Source: an uncultured Planctomycetia bacterium (GTDB lineage Bacteria; Omnitrophota; Gorgyraeia; Tantalellales; Tantalellaceae). From it: DNA of 64,000 bases. The stretch covers positions 24,907 to 88,906 of the forward strand of contig CAZMEZ010000004.1 in assembly GCA_964565425.1 (NCBI GenBank), given 5' to 3'. The translations under genes and the position numbers were made by a program. Positions 54,615-62,839 of the stretch are shown here, piece after piece (positions within the stretch are counted from its first letter, which is position 1; every line of letters starts with the position of its first letter). The notes under the pieces were generated by a model. That model was not told where the DNA came from, made no database searches, and worked only from the letters and a program-made list of their open reading frames with translations.

Positions 54615-55760
54615 ATGAAGATATGTTACTTGTCGAGCGTTCTTACCGTGCATGACAGGAGATTCCTCGTCGGATTGTCAAAGAGGAACACGGAGGTATG
54701 TCTCGTCACTTATTATGAAAACGACCTGCCCGCGGGCATGACCGCTATACCGGGGGTGAGGATAATACATCGCAGACCCAGGTATTTCCGCGATTTTCAG
54801 AAATATCTGTTCGCCGCCAAGGCGAGCGATTTTCGCGGCGTCCTCAGGGAGGAAAGGCCCGATATTATCCATGGAGGATACGCGTGGAAAGACGGGCTTC
54901 TGGCGGCGCTTTCGGGTTTTCACCCTTATCTCCTGATGCCGTGGGGATCGGATATACTGCAGGAACCCGGGAAGTCAAGGATATGCCGCTGGATGGTGAG
55001 TTACGCGATCGGCAAGGCGGATGCTATTGCCTGCGACTGCCGGGCCGTCAAAGAAAGGATCATGGAATTGGCGGATTATCCCGGGGAAAAGATAAAGATC
55101 TTTCCCTGGGGTATCGATCTAAGCCTTTTCAAACCCGCCGCCGGCATATCCGGGGTCAGGAAGAAATTGGGATGGGAAGATAGCAAGGTCATCATCTCGA
55201 CCCGTTCGTTCTATCCGGGATACGCCGTTGATACTCTCATCGCGGCCTTGCCCGGAGTTCTTTCGGCGGAACCTTCCGCTAAGATGCTGCTGGTGGGCGC
55301 GGGGCCGGAAGAGGGCAGATTGCGTAAAATGGTAGAGGAAAAAGGACTGGACGACGCGGTCCACTTCGCGGGAAAGATCTCGAACCCGGATATGCCGGAC
55401 TATCTGAAAGCCGCTGATATTTATGTTTCAAGTTCCGCGACCGACGGCACTTCGATAAGCCTGCAGGAGGCTATTGCCTGCGGCCTGCCGGTCGTGGTTA
55501 ACGACGTGCCGGCCAACCTTGAATGGGTAGAGGACGGGGTGAACGGCCTTGTCGCCAGGATAGGAGACAGCGGGGAACTTGCCGACAGGATGATCCGGCT
55601 TCTGAAGGATCAGGTGATGCGGGGATCCATGAGCGAGAATAATCTTCGCCTCGCGAGGGAAAGGGCTGATTGGGAAAAAAACTTTGACGAATTGCAAAAG
55701 GTTTACGCGGGACTCGTCGAGTCTTTCGCGAAAAAGAAAGAGGCCGCCCGGGCGCGCTGA
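54615..55760 (+). CDS. GT-B (family 4/1) glycosyltransferase
   Basis: C-terminal nucleotide-binding pattern SSSATDGTSISLQEAIACGLPVV (E-x7-E type). Confidence 0.8.
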   Translation: MKICYLSSVLTVHDRRFLVGLSKRNTEVCLVTYYENDLPAGMTAIPGVRIIHRRPRYFRDFQKYLFAAKASDFRGVLREERPDIIHGGYAWKDGLLAALSGFHPYLLMPWGSDILQEPGKSRICRWMVSYAIGKADAIACDCRAVKERIMELADYPGEKIKIFPWGIDLSLFKPAAGISGVRKKLGWEDSKVIISTRSFYPGYAVDTLIAALPGVLSAEPSAKMLLVGAGPEEGRLRKMVEEKGLDDAVHFAGKISNPDMPDYLKAADIYVSSSATDGTSISLQEAIACGLPVVVNDVPANLEWVEDGVNGLVARIGDSGELADRMIRLLKDQVMRGSMSENNLRLARERADWEKNFDELQKVYAGLVESFAKKKEAARAR

Positions 55761-55811
55761 AATTTCGAAGCTGTTATATATTACGGGGGGAATTATTTTT
55801 GGCGGAGGGCC

Positions 55812-55839
55812 TTTAACTTTTTAAAATTAACGGTATAAT
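55812..55839 (+). promoter_or_regulatory. candidate internal sigma-70 promoter (TTTAAC-16 nt-TATAAT)
   Basis: It lies in the only spacer longer than 100 nt inside this block. AAAGGAGAG plus the GTG start follow. Confidence 0.35.
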
Positions 55840-55872
55840 AAAACATCAAAAAAAAAGAAAAAGGAGAGTGGC

Positions 55873-56859
55873 GTGACGAAGATAGGCGTAATAGGCGCCG
55901 GTTACTGGGGGAAGAACCTGGTGAGGAACTTTTATCAGCTCGGGGCGCTTTCCGCGGTGTGCGATACGCGTGAGGAAGCCCTGGAAAAGCTGAAGAAAGA
56001 TTATGCCGATGTCAGGCTGGCGCAATGCAAGGATGACCTGTTGGATGACGGGGATATAGACGGTGTCGTCATCGCGTCTCCCGCCGCGCTCCATTACGGG
56101 CTCGCGAAAGAGGCGCTCGAGAAGGGGAAACACGTGTTCGTGGAGAAACCGCTCGCCTTGAACATACAAGAGGGCGAGGAGTTGGTGCGGTTGTCCGGGA
56201 AAAAGAAAAAAACGCTTATGGTCGGGCACATACTCCAGTATCATAATGCCGTTATAAAGCTGAAAGAGCTGGTGGACGGCGGCGAACTGGGAAAGCTCCG
56301 TTATATTTATTCCAACAGGCTGAATATAGGAAAGATACGGACGGAAGAGAACATACTTTGGAGTTTCGCGCCGCATGACATATCGGTAATACTGATGCTG
56401 CTCGGGGAATCTCCCGAATCGCTGTTCACCACGGGCGGCACTTATCTGCAACACAACGTAGCGGACGTTACCATGACGAACATGAGTTTTTCCGACGGCG
56501 TCAGGGCGCACATATTCGTTTCATGGCTGCATCCTTTTAAAGAGCAGAAGCTGGTTGTGGTAGGGGACAGGAAAATGGCCGTCTTTGACGATATGACGGA
56601 GGAGAAACTTTTTTTGTATCCCCATAAAGTGGAATGGAAGAACAGCGTGCCGGTGGCCTCGAAGGCCGGGAAAGAAGCGGTTCCTTTCGATATGGTCGAG
56701 CCGCTCAGGGCCGAATGCCGGCATTTTATCGATTGCATGGAAAAAGGCGGGACGCCAAGAACGGACGGCAAGGAGGGCCTCAGGGTCCTCGGGGTCCTTC
56801 AGGCCTCGCAGGAATCGCTGGATAATTCAGGGAAGCTTATCCGTTTTTCAAGAGCCTGA
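55873..56859 (+). CDS. Gfo/Idh/MocA-family sugar-nucleotide oxidoreductase (WbpB-like)
   Basis: IGVIGAGYWGKN Rossmann start. GTG start with a strong RBS. Confidence 0.8.
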   Translation: MTKIGVIGAGYWGKNLVRNFYQLGALSAVCDTREEALEKLKKDYADVRLAQCKDDLLDDGDIDGVVIASPAALHYGLAKEALEKGKHVFVEKPLALNIQEGEELVRLSGKKKKTLMVGHILQYHNAVIKLKELVDGGELGKLRYIYSNRLNIGKIRTEENILWSFAPHDISVILMLLGESPESLFTTGGTYLQHNVADVTMTNMSFSDGVRAHIFVSWLHPFKEQKLVVVGDRKMAVFDDMTEEKLFLYPHKVEWKNSVPVASKAGKEAVPFDMVEPLRAECRHFIDCMEKGGTPRTDGKEGLRVLGVLQASQESLDNSGKLIRFSRA

Positions 56860-56871
56860 CAGGGGGATTAA

Positions 56872-57444
56872 ATGGATCATTTTGTTCACGGATCTTCTTA
56901 CGTTGACGAAGGCGTAGAAATAGGAAAAGGCACGAAGATATGGCATTTTTGCCACATCATAAAGGGGTCCAGGATAGGCAAGGACTGCAAGATAGGGCAG
57001 AACGTGGTAATAGGCCCCGACGCGACAGTGGGGAACAACTGTAAGATACAGAATAACGTTTCGGTCTACACGGGCGTTACGCTTGAAGACGACGTCTTTT
57101 GCGGGCCTTCCATGGTATTCACGAACGTTTATAACCCCAGGAGCGCGGTTCCCCGCATGCGCGAGTTGAAAGAAACTCTAGTGAAAAAAGGCGCGACCAT
57201 CGGAGCGAATTCCACGATAGTGTGCGGGAACACCATAGGCCGGCATGCCTTTATAGGCGCCGGGGCGGTAGTGATAAAAGACGTTGCCGATCACGCCCTC
57301 GTGGTCGGCAATCCGGCGCGACAGGTCGGATGGATGTGCGAATGCGGCGTAAAGCTCGAATTCGCCGGCGAGAAGAGCGCGTGTCCGGCATGCGGTGTGA
57401 AATACGAAAAGAAGGAAGGCGCCGTAAAAAAGGAAGGAAAATGA
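56872..57444 (+). CDS. left-handed beta-helix N-acetyltransferase (WbpD-like)
   Basis: Hexapeptide repeats ([27 protein letters not shown] ...). Confidence 0.8.
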   Translation: MDHFVHGSSYVDEGVEIGKGTKIWHFCHIIKGSRIGKDCKIGQNVVIGPDATVGNNCKIQNNVSVYTGVTLEDDVFCGPSMVFTNVYNPRSAVPRMRELKETLVKKGATIGANSTIVCGNTIGRHAFIGAGAVVIKDVADHALVVGNPARQVGWMCECGVKLEFAGEKSACPACGVKYEKKEGAVKKEGK

Positions 57445-58184
57445 GCGTAGACAGGATCACATTACTGGGGTGCCCTATCGATAACCTGTCTATCGGGGAG
57501 ATGACTTCCGTTGTCGACGGCTTCATTAAAAGCAGAAAGCCCCACCAGTACGTGGCCATAAACGCCGACAAGATCGTCAAGATGCGCAAGGATCCCGAAT
57601 TCAGGGATATTATAATGCAGAGCGACCTCAATATAGTCGATGGCCAGCCGCTGGTGTGGGTTTCGAAGTTGTTCGGCAGGCCGGTAAAACAAAGATACGG
57701 GGGGCTCGATATAATGGACGCCCTGATACCCAGGGGTTACGGGGTCTATTTCCTGGGCGCCGAAGAAGATGTTATAAAAGAAGTCGTCGATAAGTACCGG
57801 AACTTGTATCCGGATATGAAGCTTGCCGGCTGGCGGAACGGCTATTGGTCGGAAGACGAGGAGAAGGGCGTGGTGGAGGGGATAAAGAGGTCGTCCCCCG
57901 ATATCCTTTTTTTCGCCATGAGCTCGCCGAAAAAAGAAAAATTCCTGAAAAAATATTTGAAAGAAATGAAAGTGCCTTTTGTCGCCGGTGTAGGAGGGGC
58001 GTTCGACATAGTAGCCGGCAAGACGAAACGCGCTCCGAAATGGATGCAGGACACCGGGCTTGAATGGCTGTTCCGCGTCATGCAGGAACCGAGGCGCCTG
58101 TGGAAAAGATATCTGGTAGGGAATGCCGGGTTCATATGGATAGTCCTGAAGGATTTCATCGGAATAGAAAGGCCACGGGTATGA
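57441..58184 (+). CDS. WecB/TagA/CpsF-family glycosyltransferase
   Basis: [12 protein letters not shown] start and VDGQPLVW motif. ATG 57441 overlaps the upstream stop (ATGA). The Arg-rich track extension from 57222 is rejected. Confidence 0.8.
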   Translation: MSVDRITLLGCPIDNLSIGEMTSVVDGFIKSRKPHQYVAINADKIVKMRKDPEFRDIIMQSDLNIVDGQPLVWVSKLFGRPVKQRYGGLDIMDALIPRGYGVYFLGAEEDVIKEVVDKYRNLYPDMKLAGWRNGYWSEDEEKGVVEGIKRSSPDILFFAMSSPKKEKFLKKYLKEMKVPFVAGVGGAFDIVAGKTKRAPKWMQDTGLEWLFRVMQEPRRLWKRYLVGNAGFIWIVLKDFIGIERPRV

Positions 58185-59383
58185 CAGGAAACGCGCTCGT
58201 CGCGCTGAAGAAAAGAGTAATGCCCGAAGAGGCGCCTTACAGATATTTTATTATCTCCGGTATATTTTTTTTCGTGTTCCTTTGCGGGCTCCATTTCGCG
58301 TCGGGACGTTCCCTGTGGCTGGACGAAAGGTCCATACTTGAGAACATCACGATGCTCCAGCCGCATGAACTTCTGGGTCCATTGAGGCATTCCCAGGCAT
58401 TTCCGCATCTTTACCTCTTTGCCGTGCAGAGCGTCTCAAGAGTCTTTGATTACAGCGTTTACAGTCTTCGGGTGATACCCTTTATATTGATGTTATGCGC
58501 ATTCTATACCTGGCTGCGCCTTTTTAAAAAGGAAGAAGGCGCGGGCCTGAACTATACGCTTTTTATCCTTGCCTGGTGCGGTTCACACCTAATGTCGTAT
58601 TACGCGGCTGAACTGAAACAGTATTCAGGGGACGTCCTCATCGCGGCGCTTTTCTCCATTTTTATACTGGATCAAAGAGAACAGCTGAGAGATCAGGAGA
58701 TACGTCCTTTATCGGCGCTTAAATATCTCGCGATGCCCGCGCTGGTGCTTTTGTCCTACACGGCGAATTTTTTCGTCCTGATCCCTTTGTATAATCTCAT
58801 TTTAAGTATAAAGGGTAACCGGAAGAACGTCCTGTATGCCTGTATCTATTTCGTATCCACGGCCGCGTTCATGAGCGTGTCCTATTTTTATGACGCCAGG
58901 CACGCCCGGGTGGTGGAAGATTTCCCCGTTTACTGGAATGATTATTTTATATTAACCGGTTCCTTCCCCGAATTCATACAGTCTTTCAGCGAGGGGTTCA
59001 GGAACGTTTTCGTAAGGTGGTTCGTAGAGACAAGCCTGGTTCGGCGCGTAATGACGATATTCCTCCCTTTCGCGGTCTATTTTCTGGCGGTACCGGGGTA
59101 CAGGCGCTTCAGGGAGGATAAGTTCAGGTTGTTGTCATTAAGGACCATTATCCCCGCCGTTCTTATCGGCATGATGATCGCGGGAGTCCTCAAATATTAT
59201 CCCTTTACGGGGACAAGAGTTACGCTTTTCATAGCCCCGTTTATCTTCTATTCCATAATAAAGGGGATGGAGACCGTCAAGCCAAGATTCCCTCTGGCCT
59301 ATAAAGGGCTGGTATCCGTGTACGTTCTTACCCTGATCTCCACGTCGGTGTACGTGACGCTCAGGTATCTTGCGTTATATTAG
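58181..59383 (+). CDS. polytopic membrane protein, possible GT-C-fold glycosyltransferase
   Basis: About 11 hydrophobic segments, with a DE in the first loop (LWLDERS) as in ArnT/PMT-like enzymes. ATGA overlap start (the track gives 58064). Confidence 0.35.
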   Translation: MTGNALVALKKRVMPEEAPYRYFIISGIFFFVFLCGLHFASGRSLWLDERSILENITMLQPHELLGPLRHSQAFPHLYLFAVQSVSRVFDYSVYSLRVIPFILMLCAFYTWLRLFKKEEGAGLNYTLFILAWCGSHLMSYYAAELKQYSGDVLIAALFSIFILDQREQLRDQEIRPLSALKYLAMPALVLLSYTANFFVLIPLYNLILSIKGNRKNVLYACIYFVSTAAFMSVSYFYDARHARVVEDFPVYWNDYFILTGSFPEFIQSFSEGFRNVFVRWFVETSLVRRVMTIFLPFAVYFLAVPGYRRFREDKFRLLSLRTIIPAVLIGMMIAGVLKYYPFTGTRVTLFIAPFIFYSIIKGMETVKPRFPLAYKGLVSVYVLTLISTSVYVTLRYLALY

Positions 59384-59782
59384 TCCCTGGTTTCCAGTTG
59401 CCAGTCCCCGGTAAAATTCACAAGATACCAGATACTAGATACAAACTTCATTCCCGCTACTCATCACCTATCGCGTATTATGTATTACTTACTTTGTACG
59501 TCCCTTTAGCCCCTCGCCTTTAGCCTCGTTACTCGTCGTTCGTTTTTCGTCGTTCGTCGTTCGTTGTTCGTTAAAACACGGATGATCACTGATATTGCGT
59601 ATTACGTGAGTTGATCGCGGAGATTTAAATGGGATTACGGAGATTACATCTTCGTAATCTAAAAGAGGGTGTCAAACTGCAAATCTTCGTAATCAACGCC
59701 TTTCTTCCGCCTTTATCCTTTAACCTTTATCCTTTAACCTTTATCCTTTAACCTTTATCCTTTAACCTTCATCCTTGCCTCA
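59381..59782 (-). repeat. mosaic spacer C: same word families and core as A/B/D but in inverted orientation
   Basis: tagtccc tggtttc cagttgc cagtccc ... gtcgttc gtttttc gtcgttc gtcgttc gttgttc, then the core (reverse complement) at 59610-59711, then the 14-mer cctttatcctttaa repeated 4.6 times at 59710-59774. Confidence 0.9.
59502..59659. repeat. left arm of the long inverted repeat bracketing the priming transferase gene
   Basis: 59570-59659 is the reverse complement of 61418-61507 with 1 mismatch in 90 nt. The match extends to 59502 with two short indels. Confidence 0.9.
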
Positions 59783-59853
59783 TTGCCCTGCGCCAAGCCC
59801 CATGCTCCATACCTGTCCGCTGGACGCCGGACGCTGCCCGCTGAACTAAACCG

Positions 59854-59882
59854 TTGCATCAAATCCCCATTAGCGATAAACT
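59854..59882 (+). promoter_or_regulatory. candidate sigma-70 promoter (TTGCAT-17 nt-TAAACT)
   Basis: Located inside the IR-bracketed segment, about 50 nt upstream of ATG 59930. Confidence 0.25.
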
Positions 59883-59929
59883 ATTATAATATTGCTTATG
59901 GCACAAACATATGTAAACGGCAGGAAGAG

Positions 59930-61342
59930 ATGATAAAACCGACAAAAAAGATATATCCCGTATATTTCCTCGTGGATATCGCCATAATAAGCCTGTGCTT
60001 CATCGCATCTTACCTGGTGAGGTACAATTCTCCCGATGAGATATTCCGCGAGGCCTATTTTCCGAACCTCGAAGGCTATTCTTTTGTCTTTCTGCTTTGG
60101 ACAACGTTCATAGTCATTTCCTTCAAGAGGCGGAATCTTTACATGACGGACAGAAGCCTGAACATACCGCGGGAGATGTTCAGGGTGATAATAAGCGTTT
60201 TTTATACCGGGATCCTGATAGGCGCGGTGATATTCTTCGCCCAGTACAAGTTCTTTTCGCGCCAGGTATACCTGACGAGTTTTGTTTCATTGGCGGTTTT
60301 CCTGAGCCTCTGGCGTATCATAAAGAGGCTTATCCTTAGGAAACTTATAGCCGAGGGTTATCATAACGTCAACGTGCTTGTGGTCGGCATCGGCCGGGTA
60401 GGAAAGATAATCCTGGAAGAGATAAAAAAGACGCCCTGGGTCGGTCTCAGGGCAGCAGGTGTCCTGGACGATTTCGTAGAGGGCAAGATCGAAGGGGTGC
60501 CTGTCCTGGGCAGGCTTGATGATTTCCCCGTGGTGGCTAAAAAGTATTTTATCGACGAAGTCATAGTTACTATACCATCGGAGAAAATAGCGGTTTCCGG
60601 GATAATACGCCAGGCGAAACAGATGCGGCTCGGCGTGAAGGTCGTCCCCGAGAACTTCGAGGAACCGCTCCCGGTCTTAAACATAAATTATCTGGGGGTC
60701 ATACCGCTTCTGACCTACAAGGAGAGGCGACATCACCCGGCGGAATTCGCGATGAAACGCTTCGTCGATTTTATTTTATCTTTCCTGCTCCTGGCGGTAA
60801 CGGCTCCCGTGTTCGCGGTCATAGCCGTCCTGATAAAGATCGATTCCAAAGGCCCCGTGTTCTATGTCCAGAAGAGAGTGGGGTTCAAGGGGAAGAAATT
60901 CAGTTTCTACAAGTTCCGTTCGATGGCCGCGGGCGCCGACAAAATGAGGGTGGAGCTTTCGGAAAAGAACGAGGTCAAGGACGGCGTTATATTCAAGATC
61001 AGGGAAGATCCCCGCGTCACGCGCGTCGGTAAGGTTCTGAGAAGATACAGTCTGGACGAACTCCCGCAGCTCATCAATGTCCTGCGCGGCGATATGAGCC
61101 TCGTGGGGCCGAGACCGCCGCTCGCCGACGAGGTCGAAAAATACAGCCCCGCGCACATGCAGAGGCTTTCCATAAGGCCCGGCATGACCGGCCTCTCCCA
61201 GATAAGGGGAAGAAGCGAACTCACCTTCCAAAGATGGGTAAAATGGGACCTCTGGTACATAAACAACTGGTCCATAGGCCTGGACCTCCAGATAATCCTG
61301 AGGACGATACCGGCGGTGCTAAGGGGCGAGGGAGCGTATTGA
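59930..61342 (+). CDS. polyprenyl-phosphate glycosylphosphotransferase (WbaP/EPS priming sugar transferase)
   Basis: N-terminal TM bundle, a central NAD-like linker ([10 protein letters not shown]), and a C-terminal bacterial sugar transferase domain ([10 protein letters not shown] ... [22 protein letters not shown]). ATG 59930 has a GGAAGAG RBS (the track gives 59783). Confidence 0.85.
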   Translation: MIKPTKKIYPVYFLVDIAIISLCFIASYLVRYNSPDEIFREAYFPNLEGYSFVFLLWTTFIVISFKRRNLYMTDRSLNIPREMFRVIISVFYTGILIGAVIFFAQYKFFSRQVYLTSFVSLAVFLSLWRIIKRLILRKLIAEGYHNVNVLVVGIGRVGKIILEEIKKTPWVGLRAAGVLDDFVEGKIEGVPVLGRLDDFPVVAKKYFIDEVIVTIPSEKIAVSGIIRQAKQMRLGVKVVPENFEEPLPVLNINYLGVIPLLTYKERRHHPAEFAMKRFVDFILSFLLLAVTAPVFAVIAVLIKIDSKGPVFYVQKRVGFKGKKFSFYKFRSMAAGADKMRVELSEKNEVKDGVIFKIREDPRVTRVGKVLRRYSLDELPQLINVLRGDMSLVGPRPPLADEVEKYSPAHMQRLSIRPGMTGLSQIRGRSELTFQRWVKWDLWYINNWSIGLDLQIILRTIPAVLRGEGAY

Positions 61343-61704
61343 GGGTATCGCATAGCGCTAAGCGCATAGCGGGTTAAGTGATGCGTGATACGCAGGCTAA
61401 AGGCAAGAGGCGAAATTGATTACGAAGATGTAATCTCCGTAATCCCATTTAAATCTCCGCGATCAACTCACGTAATACGCAATATCAGTGATCATCTGTG
61501 TTTTAACGAACAACGAACGACGAACGACGAACGACGAAAAACGAACGACGAGTAACGAGGCGAAAGGCTAAAGGCGAGGGGCTAGAGGCGAAATTGATTA
61601 CGAAGATTTTGAAGTAGACGATAATCTTAGATCGCGAAGATCCGATCTCCGTAATCCCATTTAAATCTCCGCGATCAACATAATGAACCCAAGACCCAAG
61701 ACTA
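61343..61704 (+). repeat. mosaic spacer D: two core copies (61395-61467 and 61580-61679) separated by CGAACGA and AGG-ending heptamers
   Basis: It reads as 51 successive related heptamers from 61344 to 61700 (catagcg ctaagcg catagcg ... aacgaac aacgaac gacgaac gacgaac gacgaaa aacgaac gacgagt aacgagg cgaaagg ctaaagg cgagggg ctagagg ... acccaag acccaag). Confidence 0.9.
61418..61588. repeat. right arm of the long inverted repeat
   Basis: Reverse complement of 59502-59659 (see the left-arm entry). Confidence 0.9.
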
Positions 61705-61962
61705 ATGAATAAATACTGCGTTTATATCGTGAAATGCAGGGACAACACATTCTATGCCGGGTGTACGAATAACCTGGAAAAGCGTATCAAGGCACATAAC
61801 GAAGGAAAGGGCGCGAAGTATACCAGGGGCAGGATCCCGGTAAAACTGGCATATGTTCTGGAATGCAGGGGCCATAAAGACGCGTTGCGCGCGGAGAGGG
61901 ACATCAAAAAGCTTACCCGGAAACAGAAAGAGAAGCTTGTAAGGGAGTTAAGTGATAGGTGA
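61705..61962 (+). CDS. stand-alone GIY-YIG nuclease-domain protein (UPF0213-like)
   Basis: YCVYIVKCRDNTFYAGCTNNLEKRIKAHNEGKGAKYTRGR is the GIY-YIG core. Length is 85 aa. Confidence 0.8.
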   Translation: MNKYCVYIVKCRDNTFYAGCTNNLEKRIKAHNEGKGAKYTRGRIPVKLAYVLECRGHKDALRAERDIKKLTRKQKEKLVRELSDR

Positions 61963-62094
61963 TGAGGCGAAGGTTAAAGGTTAAAGGTTAAAGGGCCCGA
62001 TAAACCGGGCAACTACGGTTTACGATATTCGAACCCCGAACGACGAACGATGGATTACGACTCACGATTCACGACTTACGATTCACGATCATAA
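61963..62094 (+). repeat. heptamer-built spacer (GGTTAAA x3, half E element, TYACGAY x5)
   Basis: ggttaaa x3 at 61972-61992, gatattcgaaccccgaacgacg at 62024-62045 (matching 8396-8417), and ttacgac tcacgat tcacgac ttacgat tcacgat at 62055-62089. Confidence 0.85.
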
Positions 62095-62835
62095 ATGAGC
62101 AAAATATCCCTCTTTATTCCCATCTTTAACGCCTCAAGACTCATCAGGGATGACCTTAGAAAATGTTATGACGCTTTGCTGCGGCTGGGCGACGATTTTG
62201 AGATCGTTCTCGTCGACGATAATTCGACTGATGAGTCGTACAGGTTCCGGCGCGTGATCGAGAGGGCAAGACAGGCGACGGGCAGGGAGATAAAGTATCT
62301 TTCGTATGATAAGGGGCCCTCGCGCAGGGAGAACCTTGCCAGGTCTTTCTATGCCGCCAGGTACGATATCATCGCTTTCATGGATGCCGACCTTTCCTGT
62401 GATGTCTCTTTTCTCATTAAAGCGATAGACCTCTTGAAAAAAGAGTCAGCCGACATCGTGACGGGCAGCCGCTACGTCAGGGGCGCCAGGGTCCGGCGCC
62501 GGCCCCTCAGGAGGATCTTCAGTTTTTTCTATAACTCCTCGCTCAGGATGCTTTTCAACTCGCGGATAAAGGACCACCAGTGCGGGCTTAAGATTTTCCG
62601 CAAAGATAAGGTAATGCCCCTCATCGATGAAATGGGGTATGATGAAAAATTCGTCAGAGGCTGGTTTTGGGATGCCGAACTTCTGATACGTTCACAGAAG
62701 GCGCGTCTCAAAGTGGTCGAGATGCCCGTTGAATGGCATTACGCGGATACGAGCACTTTTGATTTCAGAAGAGAAGTGAGGTGTCTCCGGTCCATAGTCA
62801 GGCTCAGAAAGGAACTCGGCCGTATTCGTCAGTAA
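62095..62835 (+). CDS. family 2 glycosyltransferase, polyprenyl-phosphate sugar synthase type (ArnC/GtrB/DPM1-like)
   Basis: ISLFIPIFNAS, VLVDDNSTDES, FMDADLS (DxD). Short soluble GT2 next to a GT-C gene. Confidence 0.75.
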   Translation: MSKISLFIPIFNASRLIRDDLRKCYDALLRLGDDFEIVLVDDNSTDESYRFRRVIERARQATGREIKYLSYDKGPSRRENLARSFYAARYDIIAFMDADLSCDVSFLIKAIDLLKKESADIVTGSRYVRGARVRRRPLRRIFSFFYNSSLRMLFNSRIKDHQCGLKIFRKDKVMPLIDEMGYDEKFVRGWFWDAELLIRSQKARLKVVEMPVEWHYADTSTFDFRREVRCLRSIVRLRKELGRIRQ

Positions 62836-62839
62836 TAAT

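Noticed and set aside
57222-57440. N-terminal extensions of track ORFs: 57222, 58064, 59783, 46577, 45709 and 28059.
   Set aside because: The extensions are Arg-rich or low-complexity and overlap the preceding gene. Internal ATG/GTG starts give 1- or 4-nt overlaps or have an RBS, and they match the conserved N-termini of the families.
59502-61588. Interpreting the IR-bracketed segment as an insertion sequence, composite transposon or MITE.
   Set aside because: There is no transposase or integrase, and no target-site duplication could be discerned. The cargo is the locus's own priming transferase, and the arms belong to a spacer repeat family present at other block boundaries.
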